A stretch of DNA of 64,000 nucleotides from Gammaproteobacteria bacterium (GCA_965222615.1 CBDCUI010000009.1:288001-352000), one strand, 5' to 3'; shown: positions 42,308-52,236, counted from the stretch's first letter. Numbers and translations: made by a program. The notes: generated from the letters alone by a model not told the origin.

Positions 42308-42892
42308 TCAGGTAGGATTTGTACAGTTGATTGCTACACTAGGAGTGCCTTTTTTTAAAATTGGGCGACCTAGTGGACTAATATTTATTTGTCTTCCGTA
42401 ATTGCCTCCACGATCATCACATATGGCCATTCGCGCAGTCGCACCTCCTTCGTTCGTGGTTCCATCGGCGTTTAATTCAATATTGTTATTCGCAGTAGAA
42501 TTCGTGCGAATGTTGATGTTAGGTGGAATATTACTACCAACTTTTAACAATGTGTCAGTCCCAGAGTTATACACATCATTATCATCGGGATCTGTAAAAA
42601 TTAACCAACCTGTTGTCCATGTATTAGCAGTGCCGCCACAAGTAGGAGATGAAGCGGTAGGATTTGCACTTCTGCATAACACAACTCGCTCTTTTCTTTT
42701 AATCGCTTCACTACGTGCGTAATTTAATGTTGCTGAAAAAGAATATGCTTGAGCTTTTAATTTATTATTTTTAAGAAAATCAGCCATAGATGGGACACCA
42801 AATGTAGCAATGATGGCTAATACAACTAAGCTAATCATTAATTCAATAACTGTGAATCCATCATCTCTTTTTAATTTAATCAACATAATCAA
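42308..42892 (-). CDS. fimT: FimT/FimU-family minor pilin
   Basis: GFTVIELM; ARSEAIKR; WTTGWLIF. Confidence 0.85.
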   Translation of the reverse strand: MIMLIKLKRDDGFTVIELMISLVVLAIIATFGVPSMADFLKNNKLKAQAYSFSATLNYARSEAIKRKERVVLCRSANPTASSPTCGGTANTWTTGWLIFTDPDDNDVYNSGTDTLLKVGSNIPPNINIRTNSTANNNIELNADGTTNEGGATARMAICDDRGGNYGRQINISPLGRPILKKGTPSVAINCTNPT

Positions 42893-43018
42893 AATATCTT
42901 AGAATTTTAAAGTTGCTTGGATTACAAACTTCTTAGTTCAATAAAAAAGTTGGTTTAAATTAACCTAAATGCTTGAAATTGCTGAAAAAATACGGATAAG
43001 GTAAAAAAGAATTCAGAC

Positions 43019-43040
43019 AAACGTGTGTTATTTCACATTT
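43019..43040. promoter_or_regulatory. Putative CRP/Vfr binding site upstream of fimT
   Basis: AAACGTGT-GTTATT-TCACATTT versus consensus AAATGTGA-N6-TCACATTT (14/16). Confidence 0.55.
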
Positions 43041-43347
43041 TTTATTTGAAATGAGTCTCAGAAATAATTTTTTAAAAAACATGGAGATAATAAAATTTTG
43101 AAAAATTTTACAAAATCACAAATAGTTATAAAAAAGTCCATTAATCGCTATTTTCAAACCACTTATCTTTGTTTAGAAAGTTAACAACATGTCGAAAAAG
43201 AGATCAGGTCCCTTTTACTCTTGATTAACGTATGTGTGTGGGGTTCGAAGAACTGTCTAACGGGTTCAATAAAATGTCAGGGACATTTTGGTCCGCCAAA
43301 AACGCTCGTAGAGCAAAACACATGTATGCCTAACTACAGATGCTAGC

Positions 43348-43715
43348 TCAACCGATGACGCAACACATTGGTTAAAACATTCTGTCGGTATTTCAAAGTG
43401 TAAAGTTTTTCTAGGTCGCTCATTAAGCTCGCGTGCGACAGCATTCAGTTTCTGTTGAGAGTGTACCGATAAGTCTGTGCCTTTGGGGAAATACTGTCTG
43501 AGTAATCCATTGGTGTTCTCATTCGAACCCCGTTACCATGGACTTTGCGGATCACAAAAGTACACGTTGATGTCCGTCGCTAACGTAAATTTCTGATGAT
43601 CCGCCATCTCTTTGCCTCGATCCCAGGTTAAGGATTGATATAATTCGTTCGATAACTTCTTCGATTGTTTGATTAATGCTCCAATCACACTTTTAGTGTC
43701 TTTCGGCAAGCCCAT
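43348..43715 (-). pseudogene. IS30-family transposase C-terminal remnant with internal stop
   Basis: SLTWDRGKEMA...[26 protein letters not shown]...LNERPRKTL; N-terminal part missing. Confidence 0.88.
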
Positions 43716-44171
43716 ATGGTGGCACCTTTTGATGACTTGAAATAATGTTGGCGGTCATGGTTTCTAGAAACTGCATTTTTCGAATCACACCACACGATGT
43801 TTGGGGGAAAAGCGGCCTAACTTTTCACTCTTTCAAATTGGTGAATCATCTACACCAAAGCGGTCTAGCCAGAAGCAAGAATACTTCGCTATCGGCCAGG
43901 TTAATAATAGTTTCAACATTTTATTCGCGTTGTTAATGCTGGTTTAATTTGGATGCGACCGCTCTAACCCCTGAAAATTTTATTCTTACATAACAGAATG
44001 TCTTTTCAGCGATTTTTTGTAACCAGTTATCAAATACCAAACTATCTACAGTCATTTCTTTTATAGCCTCTACGAGTGACAAGATGTCTACAATGTAATT
44101 GTTTCACTTTAATAGGTTAGTTGTTTGCGAATAGGTGCAAATTGAACGCCCATTTATCTGAAAGGACTCTC

Positions 44172-45398
44172 ATGAAACTATTTTACTGTAATACTGCTAT
44201 TATTGTTTTTTTGGTATCGTTGATCAGTGCTTGCGGCACAACTCAGCCGATCACGTCTTCCGGGACAAACAAAGGTCAGGACGTACTGGAACAAGCACTG
44301 GCTCGCGAGGCTAGCTTATCCGGCAATTATCCAATCTCAGCTCAAGACGGTTTCTTCTCAGCCTCTATCACCGGTAGTGCTCAACCCTCGGTACAAGCGC
44401 ATGAGGGTGTATACCAGGTATCCGTACCGATAGGTACGGAGGTTATGGCGGAATGCTTTATTTATCATGAACCACTGGACACGGCAGCCACGCTCAATCT
44501 CCTGTTTGATGAGTCACTAGCATTTACAGAAGAGACAGAAATACACGAGATCGATGCTGGAGTCTTTGACAAGGTGCCGTACTTATATCAAGAAAAACTG
44601 TATTTAACGAAGCAAAACAAAGTCGGCATGTTAAAGATTTTCGTGTCACCTTTTGATTCCTCTCTACTAGCCTGCATGCATGATACGGCTGGCTACCGTG
44701 AGACCTTCCGGAAAATGGCATCCAGTTTAGCAAAGTCGCTGGTATTACATAATGTAGATAGCGAAAACTGGCAGCATGAAGAAATTCTCGTTTGGAAACT
44801 GCATGATATGAAAATCGGTTACACTTTGAGTCGTGCTGTACCAGATGAAAACGGCGATATCAAAAGCGTCGTCGAAACAGCCCTGGTGATCCCGCGTTCC
44901 GAACAAGAAACCTTAGTTCACGACGAATATAATCTAACTTATGAGCAACCAGATGGAGCGTTGATCAATGGCCGTTATTCGGAGGCTGAGAATGGCAAAC
45001 TCAAGGTCAATGTCAGTCTCGATCCAAACGAACAAGGCGGTTATCAAGTCTCCGGTACTTTTCAAGGCAAAGAAATTAATGCGCCACTGAAGTCAGCCAA
45101 GAGTGTAGACGGCCCTTATTACCAGCACCGCGAGATGATTCGCGCGGCGGATCCGAACAATAGTCAGTTGCAGTCCGTACATATCAATGCCTATATGCCA
45201 TCTGCCAATCCATTGGAGGCGGTGGAAATGGACATTGAACCCACCGGCGAACAGATTGATGGCCTGCCACAATATGAGATCCTGTTCGCGGGAATGAAGG
45301 CGACAACACTTGTGGACAATCAAGGACACAAGTCTATGACGTTGGAAATGGGGCAAGTCGAAATCGAGTTGTCCCGTGCATACATCAATCACTTTTAA
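44172..45398 (+). CDS. Hypothetical lipoprotein (ORF track starts at 44121; ATG 44172 has an AAGGA RBS)
   Basis: Lipobox LISA-C; long open frame; upstream of transglutaminase-like gene. Confidence 0.75.
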   Translation: MKLFYCNTAIIVFLVSLISACGTTQPITSSGTNKGQDVLEQALAREASLSGNYPISAQDGFFSASITGSAQPSVQAHEGVYQVSVPIGTEVMAECFIYHEPLDTAATLNLLFDESLAFTEETEIHEIDAGVFDKVPYLYQEKLYLTKQNKVGMLKIFVSPFDSSLLACMHDTAGYRETFRKMASSLAKSLVLHNVDSENWQHEEILVWKLHDMKIGYTLSRAVPDENGDIKSVVETALVIPRSEQETLVHDEYNLTYEQPDGALINGRYSEAENGKLKVNVSLDPNEQGGYQVSGTFQGKEINAPLKSAKSVDGPYYQHREMIRAADPNNSQLQSVHINAYMPSANPLEAVEMDIEPTGEQIDGLPQYEILFAGMKATTLVDNQGHKSMTLEMGQVEIELSRAYINHF

Positions 45399-45413
45399 CA
45401 ATCAAACCTGAAT

Positions 45414-46196
45414 GTGTCATTAGTGAGCGCACGTCTCAGTTTGGTGATACTGTTGTGGTTCACCACCAGCATGTCATTCGCAACGGACAGTAAGCTATTT
45501 ATTGGTCAGGTGCGTGTGGAAGATGCACGAACCGACATTACAACTAATAAACCGATATTGCAGTATGAATTCGTGCATACGTTCCCTGCAGTATTGCAAC
45601 GGCATCTAACTGCCTGGTTCCCGCAACAGATCACACAACCTTCCGGGGCAGTCATCAGCGTCTCTGACTATCCGCTGACTATGGAGCCACTTGCAGGTGA
45701 CGAACACCGAGCCACAACTTTCTTGATAGATTATGCTGAACCTGCGGTACAACAGCTGGCTTCTGCGATAGAAACTGCATATGGCAAAGTGCCCAGTGCT
45801 GTTGAACTAGAGCAGTTCGTATATGACTACATTGTTGATAAAAATGCAGCAAATGGTTTTGATATTGCCTCACAGGTAGCTCAATCACGTGAGGGTGACT
45901 GTACGGAACACGCTGTATTATTAACAGCCTTACTACGAATGTACGGTTATCCAGCACGCGTTGTTGTTGGGTTATATATTGCTCTAGATGAACCTGTGCT
46001 TGCTTATGGTCATGCATGGACGGAATACTATAGTGAACGTGGCTGGAATGGACTTGATGCCACTCGCATTAGTGACTCCGTTGGCCGACAACATGTGCCA
46101 CTCAGCGTCGTTGAAAATGAAACGATAAGTTACACTATGGGGTTAATGAAGACATTACAGACGCAGTCGATCGAGCGCATTATCGTTACTAACTGA
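45414..46196 (+). CDS. Secreted transglutaminase-like (Cys-His-Asp) protein
   Basis: GDCTEHAVL, PARVVVG, HAWTEYY, LDAT; signal peptide. Confidence 0.88.
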   Translation: MSLVSARLSLVILLWFTTSMSFATDSKLFIGQVRVEDARTDITTNKPILQYEFVHTFPAVLQRHLTAWFPQQITQPSGAVISVSDYPLTMEPLAGDEHRATTFLIDYAEPAVQQLASAIETAYGKVPSAVELEQFVYDYIVDKNAANGFDIASQVAQSREGDCTEHAVLLTALLRMYGYPARVVVGLYIALDEPVLAYGHAWTEYYSERGWNGLDATRISDSVGRQHVPLSVVENETISYTMGLMKTLQTQSIERIIVTN

Positions 46197-46570
46197 ATTC
46201 AAAGCCCTCCATTTAGATAACATTAACTTCACGCTTTTATTTAATAGCATTTTAGTTCTGCGGTTCACTATACCAACCCAACCAGGTGTCTCGATTACAA
46301 AGACATCACACGCAAGTTAATACGTGGCGAAACCATTCATAATCATATATCTTACAATCTGCATATCAAGTTGTGGATCATGAGTAAATATAAATTTATA
46401 AATAACATTCCAGATGTAGATGCCGCCTACATAGCATGTATTAAAAAAAATCAATAGAGCCAAACACGATTGATCCGCTCATAGCTAACATAGCAGATTG
46501 AGTACGAATAATTGGTTAGAAATTCATTTGAGCAAACTAATAAATACTTAGGTAAAAAGAAAAAATAGTA

Positions 46571-47185
46571 GTGAATTATATGGATACAAAACAAGCAATA
46601 GAAAAACGACGAGCTGTAAAGCACTATGACGCAAACCATAGAATGACGCCTGAAGAAGTAAATGAGCTATTGTCATTAGCGATTCTTTCTCCTACGGCAT
46701 TCAATATTCAAAATTGGCGTTTTGTTGTAGTTACTGATACAGAATTGAGGAAACAAATCAGAGAAGCAGCCTGGGATCAATCACAAGTTACGGACGCATC
46801 ACTATTCATTGTTTTGTGCGCCGATATGAAGTCTTGGGAGAAACAACCTGAACGATACTGGACTGATGCACCAAAAGAAGTTCAAGAGTTTATACTACCT
46901 GCTATCGATAATTACTATCGAGGCAAGGACCAGGTTCAAAGAGACGAGGCAATGCGATCCTGTGGTATAGCTGCACAAACACTGATGCTTACCGCAAAAT
47001 CAATGGGGTACGATTCATGTCCAATGGATGGTTTTGATTTCGATAAAGTAGCTGGTCTTATTAATCTACCCGCTGACCATGCAATTGCTATGTTTGTTGC
47101 AATTGGTAAGGGAATAAAAGAGGCATGGCCGCGAGCTGGGCAGCTAAGTCTTAACGATGTAGTTATCAATAACAACTTTTCTTAA
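46571..47185 (+). CDS. Nitroreductase family protein (likely start ATG 46580)
   Basis: RRAVKHY, SPTAFNIQNWRFVVV, SCPMDGFD. Confidence 0.92.
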   Translation: MNYMDTKQAIEKRRAVKHYDANHRMTPEEVNELLSLAILSPTAFNIQNWRFVVVTDTELRKQIREAAWDQSQVTDASLFIVLCADMKSWEKQPERYWTDAPKEVQEFILPAIDNYYRGKDQVQRDEAMRSCGIAAQTLMLTAKSMGYDSCPMDGFDFDKVAGLINLPADHAIAMFVAIGKGIKEAWPRAGQLSLNDVVINNNFS

Positions 47186-47244
47186 CAACATAATAATTGC
47201 ATTCATGAAATGGTAAGAAGTAAAGCACTATTATCGAGTGTAGC

Positions 47245-48660
47245 TTGAGTGAAAACATTGTTATTCACTGGTTTAGGCAGGATCTTCGCATTTCTGACAA
47301 TCCAGCTCTGTTCGCGGCGTCTCGGCATGGAACCGTTTTACCCATTTATATCCTAGATACTAAAAATGCAGGTGACTATTATTTAGGTGCAGCAAGTCGC
47401 TGGTGGCTACATCACTCCCTGTTAGCATTAGATAAATCATTAAATGGGACTCTCTCGGTATATAAAGGTGATCCTAAGAAAGTCCTTGTCGATTTAGCAC
47501 AAAGACAAAACATCAAAGCCATCTACTGGAATCGCTGTTATGAGCCTTGGCGAATTACACGGGATGAACAAATTAAAAAAACTTTAGATACACACAATAT
47601 CGAAACCCATAGCTTTAATGGTGCTCTACTTTGGGAACCATGGGAAATTCTAAAAAATGATGGAACTCCTTATAAAGTATTTACGCCTTTTTATAAATCA
47701 GGATGTTTAAACGCGCCACCGCCAAGACAACCAATATCTAAGCCTAAAAGCTTTAAGCTAAAAAAAGATGAGCTTAACGAGTTATCGATACATGATTTAG
47801 GATTGTCACCCAAGATTAAGTGGACTAAACAATTGGAGCCACATTGGAAAATAGGAGAAGAAAACGCTAAGAGAAAACTAAGCAAATTTATAAAAAAGCA
47901 ACTGGCTAATTATAAAGAAGGGCGAAATTTCCCAGCCAAAAACAATGTCTCTCGATTATCTCCACATCTACACTTTGGAGAGATATCTCCCAACCAAATT
48001 TGGAATGCTGCCATGAACACTGAAGATAGTGATGATCGAGCACATTTTCTACGTGAGCTTGGTTGGCGAGAGTTTTCTTGTAACCTTTTGTATCACTTTC
48101 CAGAATTACCCCGCAAAAATTGGCAAACCAAATTCGATCAATTTCCTTGGTTAGAAAATGATACGAACCTCCAAAGCTGGCAAATGGGTCAAACCGGTTA
48201 TCCATTGGTCGATGCTGGCATGCGTGAATTGTGGCAAACAGGCTATATGCACAATCGAGCACGTATGGTGGTAGGTTCATTTTTGGTGAAGAACTTATTA
48301 TTACACTGGCACCACGGTGAGCGATGGTTTTGGGACTGCCTGGTGGATGCGGATCTTGCTAATAACAGCGCGGGTTGGCAGTGGATCGCCGGATGTGGTG
48401 TTGATGCTACACCCTATTTTCGCGTTTTCAACCCTACTACTCAGGGACAAAAGTTTGACGCTAAAGGTGAATATACCCGTCAATTCGTACCAGAATTAAA
48501 AAAATTACCTCATAAGTTTTTGTTTAATCCATGGGAAGCGCCCGTCAAGATTTTACAAGAAGCGGGGATTACTCTAGGAAAGGATTATCCTTTACCAATT
48601 GTTGATTTGAAGTCATCGCGTCAACGAGCTTTGAGTGCGTATCAAAAAATCAGAGTTTAA
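47245..48660 (+). CDS. phrB: Deoxyribodipyrimidine photolyase (class I CPD)
   Basis: WFRQDLRISDNPAL, SRLSPHLHFGEIS, WREF, GYMHNRARM, DADLANN.GWQW. Confidence 0.95.
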   Translation: MSENIVIHWFRQDLRISDNPALFAASRHGTVLPIYILDTKNAGDYYLGAASRWWLHHSLLALDKSLNGTLSVYKGDPKKVLVDLAQRQNIKAIYWNRCYEPWRITRDEQIKKTLDTHNIETHSFNGALLWEPWEILKNDGTPYKVFTPFYKSGCLNAPPPRQPISKPKSFKLKKDELNELSIHDLGLSPKIKWTKQLEPHWKIGEENAKRKLSKFIKKQLANYKEGRNFPAKNNVSRLSPHLHFGEISPNQIWNAAMNTEDSDDRAHFLRELGWREFSCNLLYHFPELPRKNWQTKFDQFPWLENDTNLQSWQMGQTGYPLVDAGMRELWQTGYMHNRARMVVGSFLVKNLLLHWHHGERWFWDCLVDADLANNSAGWQWIAGCGVDATPYFRVFNPTTQGQKFDAKGEYTRQFVPELKKLPHKFLFNPWEAPVKILQEAGITLGKDYPLPIVDLKSSRQRALSAYQKIRV

Positions 48661-48888
48661 ATTTTAGCAAAATTATAAAGATTTCTAAGTTAGCGATGCA
48701 AAGTTGAATATACTTGAAAAAACATCGTAACTCCTTGTTAAAAAAGAGAAAATAATTTAATAACCATTATCTAAAACGAAAATCAAAAGTCTTGGTCTAA
48801 TCCGCATGTAACCCGCTTTTTAATAGTTAATAAAAAGAAAATATTTATTTGGTATGAAGGTTCCAAAAATATCAACCTACGTACTCTC

Positions 48889-49047
48889 ATGCTAGAAATC
48901 ATTAAAAAATTTATTGTGTTGGCAGTGTTCTTTTCCTTAGGGATATTGACTGTGGTCTTCAGCGAATCAGAAGAGACTAAATCTACTTTTGGACCTACAG
49001 CTAATCCAGCAAATGGAATAAATTTACATCGGACAAGTATTTTTTAG
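48889..49047 (+). CDS. Possible 52-aa small membrane/secreted protein (below the ORF track cutoff)
   Basis: MLEIIKKFIVLAVFFSLGILTVVFSESEETK...; basic residues followed by a hydrophobic helix. Confidence 0.35.
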   Translation: MLEIIKKFIVLAVFFSLGILTVVFSESEETKSTFGPTANPANGINLHRTSIF

Positions 49048-49132
49048 AGTTATTTCGATCATAAATAAACTCTAAATAAGCACACCTCTTTACTGATAAA
49101 AATGCTTTAATCCTTTAGGACTTTAAAAATTT

Positions 49133-49600
49133 ATGGATGTAGTAGCCTTACTATTGTTAGTTGTTGTTATCCTTTTAGTTTTCATTGTTTTTCTCGGACC
49201 GTTAACCACTATTTACAAAAAATTTAGTTTTAAAAAGCCGTTATTCTGGACTGGCGCAATAGTTATGCTCTCAACTATTTTCGGTGCTGGCTACTTGATG
49301 CATTACTTAAAACATCTTAAACAAAGACACCCTGCTGACCCAAGACTTATTTCAGCGATTGTTTACGTCGAAAATTTTCGAAACCGAAGTAATCGCCTCC
49401 CCAATAAACAAGAATTTGAAAAGTGGGAAAATCAATCAGATCACAAAGGTTATTGTTGTGACTGTTCATATGAAACTTACTTACTTGATAAATCCGGCAA
49501 ATTTTCTGAAACTGGATTTCCTGCATACACTATCAGTTGCTTTGATGGCGATATCTCACATTATTATTCAACCCCACCGAATAGGTTCTATATCCGTTGA
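49133..49600 (+). CDS. Hypothetical membrane protein
   Basis: Two hydrophobic segments; AGGA upstream; Cys cluster YCCDC. Confidence 0.6.
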   Translation: MDVVALLLLVVVILLVFIVFLGPLTTIYKKFSFKKPLFWTGAIVMLSTIFGAGYLMHYLKHLKQRHPADPRLISAIVYVENFRNRSNRLPNKQEFEKWENQSDHKGYCCDCSYETYLLDKSGKFSETGFPAYTISCFDGDISHYYSTPPNRFYIR

Positions 49601-49805
49601 TAGTTTAGAACAAATTTTATCCAGGCTTACAAACCAAAAAGAACAGTTTTAGCTCAACTTATTCTTGAATTAGGTATAGAATTAGTCCTTAAATCACAAA
49701 AACAAGACTAACAATGGCTTTGTACAATCTTATATATTTAATTTTTGGAATAGCGTTTGTTTATATACTCTGGAGCAATCTGCGCTGAGTTAGTTTTACT
49801 AGCTC

Positions 49806-50033
49806 TCACCAATGCTCCCAAACTTCAAAATACGTCACTCCGTCTTTAACTACTGTACGTATCCCAACTTCGCGCTTAACTTTGAGCGCCTTTTCCATAG
49901 CCTTATTGTATGCCGTGGAACCTTCACCACCTTCACGAGATCTATACAAATCTACTAGATGCCAGCCTCTTCTATTTAAAGTTGCCGTCTCATTTTCATC
50001 AAGGGTTTGTATTTTTTTTTCAGATTCTGACAT
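49806..50033 (-). CDS. Small hypothetical protein
   Basis: 75-aa ORF co-oriented with upstream genes. Confidence 0.55.
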   Translation of the reverse strand: MSESEKKIQTLDENETATLNRRGWHLVDLYRSREGGEGSTAYNKAMEKALKVKREVGIRTVVKDGVTYFEVWEHW

Positions 50034-50072
50034 GTTTTGTACGCTTTATGAAAACCTTTAAGAATTAATATC

Positions 50073-50624
50073 TTATTCGATACCTTTTTCTTTTATTTCT
50101 TTCTTTACAATTTCTATATTTTCTTCGATTTGTTTTTTGACAAACTCACTAATCACAGCATCGTACTTTTCTGCTGTTTTTTTTGTCACTTGTTGTGACA
50201 GTTTTTGTGATGCCACAACCGATTTTTTCCCCACTGGGGTTTTGTAAAATGCAATTAATTCCTTTACTTCACTTTCAGTATAAGTTTCCTTATACAGTGG
50301 GATGAACACTTCTTCTTCCATTTTTTGGTATGGCATGGCTTCTTTAACGTGATTTTCGTAATTCTTCACCATTTCAGTAAATCTACCTTTTAATACTTCA
50401 CCAACTTTCTGTCTCTGCTCTTCTGATAAAGAATTTGCATCAATATTTTGATCTGCTGCTTGAAAAAAGCTTGCTTGCATCTGGTTAATGATAAGAGTGT
50501 TTAAGCTTACATAATTACCGCGAACACCCGTTAATTCAAATAGTTCTTTAAGATTATCACTGTAAGAATCTGCTACAACAGAATGGCTGAGTACTAATAA
50601 AACAAAAAATAATATTCTTTTCAT
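50073..50624 (-). CDS. DUF2059-like periplasmic protein
   Basis: Signal peptide; YTESEVKELIAFYKTPVGKK motif. Confidence 0.8.
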   Translation of the reverse strand: MKRILFFVLLVLSHSVVADSYSDNLKELFELTGVRGNYVSLNTLIINQMQASFFQAADQNIDANSLSEEQRQKVGEVLKGRFTEMVKNYENHVKEAMPYQKMEEEVFIPLYKETYTESEVKELIAFYKTPVGKKSVVASQKLSQQVTKKTAEKYDAVISEFVKKQIEENIEIVKKEIKEKGIE

Positions 50625-50647
50625 GTAAATCCTATGTTAATAATGAA

Positions 50648-52129
50648 CTAGCAAATATTGCCTTCATATAAGTCGATTACAATTCGTCTAACGGCATGTG
50701 TGGCTTCGTTTATCTGTAATCCATATTGTTTGGCAACTAAGGTACCTATTTGTTCAATACTCCTGCTTCCGTCTATCGCCCCAATTACCTGTGCTTGAAG
50801 TAAATATCTAGATGCTTCGATTTCATACTGATTATGCTTTGGAATGGATTTATTCGTATCAAGTACCCAGTTAGGCAAATAATTATATTTGGGTGGTACC
50901 ATGGCATCTTTTATCTTTTTAACACAGAAGTTAAATACTTTCTCTGTCCGACCATTGGCACTTATAGGTGAGTTTAGATACTGAATTTCTTTGCGATTTG
51001 AAGCTACTATTTCAAAGCCGTTTTTTTCTAACAAATCCAGAACCTCTTTTTCACTATAGCACCAGGTTTGGTCGCTATGTAGAAATGCTAAAGATCCAGT
51101 ATTGACCCACCTTCCCCCTTTCTTCAAGATTTGATTAATACGCGGTATAAAATCTCTAAGGTTTTGTGGAACAATATCTATCAACCAAGGTGTCAACACC
51201 GTATCCAAGCTATGTGCTTGAAATGGTGGGTTCATCCCATCCGCAAATAGGTACAATATATTTTCCTTAATAGCTTCCGGTGCTTGACACTTTTGCAATG
51301 TTGCAAAGGAGTTTTCATCTAAGGGTGCTATGGGAAACTCGTACAAGGAAATATTATCACCTTGAATCGCCCGATTACCAGCGAACAAGAGTACCGGGTT
51401 GATATCTAATAATACTGAAAGTTTTGGAGAAAACTTTTTATGTATGTCATAGGAAAGCCGGCCTGTGCCTGCACCTAGAGTAAGTACTTTTCCGAGATCT
51501 CGTGGTTCATTTAGAACGCTTTCTACTGCTGCGAGTAATTGCTCATTTTCTCCATTATCCCAAGTCCAATCACGAAAAATATTATCGTAATAGCTTAATA
51601 AGCCTTGCACCTTAGGCACTTTTGCATAAAGCGCTTGTGTAGGATCAATTTGATTATCAAAATTTTCCTGTTCCAGCTCTAGAGGTGCGATCAAATCCAA
51701 TACCTGAGCTGTATGTGTTTGTTTGGCTTTAAAAATTTTAGTAATACGTTTTTGAGCAGCTTTGCTCAGGCGTTTATCTTTTAGGGCTGCTTTTAAGCGT
51801 TGTTGCTCTACCTCGTTTATATGTAAAAAGCCATTTAAGCGTGCTTTCCATTCCAGTAAAGACAGATTCGGGCTCTCAAATAACCAAGGGATACAGGCTT
51901 CCCCACTGATATATAAAGGAAAAGTAACCCCACAAGCAGAACACTCAAGCAAGCTATCTTGAATAAGTAAGGATGAGGCATTACTACGACATGTTGGACA
52001 TGCCATATCAGGCAATAGCTTCAACCAGGCGGCGTTGTGCTGTTGCGTATAGTCGATTTGCGAAGCAGGTGTAGCGCTCAAGATCGTTTGAGGATGACAG
52101 TATGCGATAAAAACATTGTCGCGGCTCAA
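50648..52129 (-). CDS. SAM-dependent methyltransferase, carnosine N-methyltransferase/N2227-like, with N-terminal Zn ribbon (true start probably 52024 or 52006)
   Basis: CPTC...CSAC; IFRDW; VLTLGAGTGRLSYDI; TPWLID; LKKGGRWVNTG. Confidence 0.7.
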   Translation of the reverse strand: MSRDNVFIAYCHPQTILSATPASQIDYTQQHNAAWLKLLPDMACPTCRSNASSLLIQDSLLECSACGVTFPLYISGEACIPWLFESPNLSLLEWKARLNGFLHINEVEQQRLKAALKDKRLSKAAQKRITKIFKAKQTHTAQVLDLIAPLELEQENFDNQIDPTQALYAKVPKVQGLLSYYDNIFRDWTWDNGENEQLLAAVESVLNEPRDLGKVLTLGAGTGRLSYDIHKKFSPKLSVLLDINPVLLFAGNRAIQGDNISLYEFPIAPLDENSFATLQKCQAPEAIKENILYLFADGMNPPFQAHSLDTVLTPWLIDIVPQNLRDFIPRINQILKKGGRWVNTGSLAFLHSDQTWCYSEKEVLDLLEKNGFEIVASNRKEIQYLNSPISANGRTEKVFNFCVKKIKDAMVPPKYNYLPNWVLDTNKSIPKHNQYEIEASRYLLQAQVIGAIDGSRSIEQIGTLVAKQYGLQINEATHAVRRIVIDLYEGNIC

Positions 52130-52176
52130 GCAATTCTTGTCATAGATTTTTGTCGCGTAAAATCCACCGGCTATAT

Positions 52177-52208
52177 AAAAAACGGGGTGATTTTAAATCA
52201 CCCCGTTT
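52177..52208 (-). terminator. Rho-independent terminator ending the 57146-52237 operon
   Basis: AAACGGGGTGATTT-T-AAATCACCCCGTTT perfect stem; A-run on + gives a U-tract on -. Confidence 0.85.
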
Positions 52209-52236
52209 CTAGAAGTACAATGTATATTATTGAATA

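Noticed and set aside
43240-43298. Possible tRNA gene (GGTTCGA...CCGCCA)
   Set aside because: No cloverleaf can be formed; kept only as a low-interest repeat-like element
43745-43936. 63-aa ORF next to the IS30 remnant
   Set aside because: No recognisable motif or RBS; probably decayed sequence
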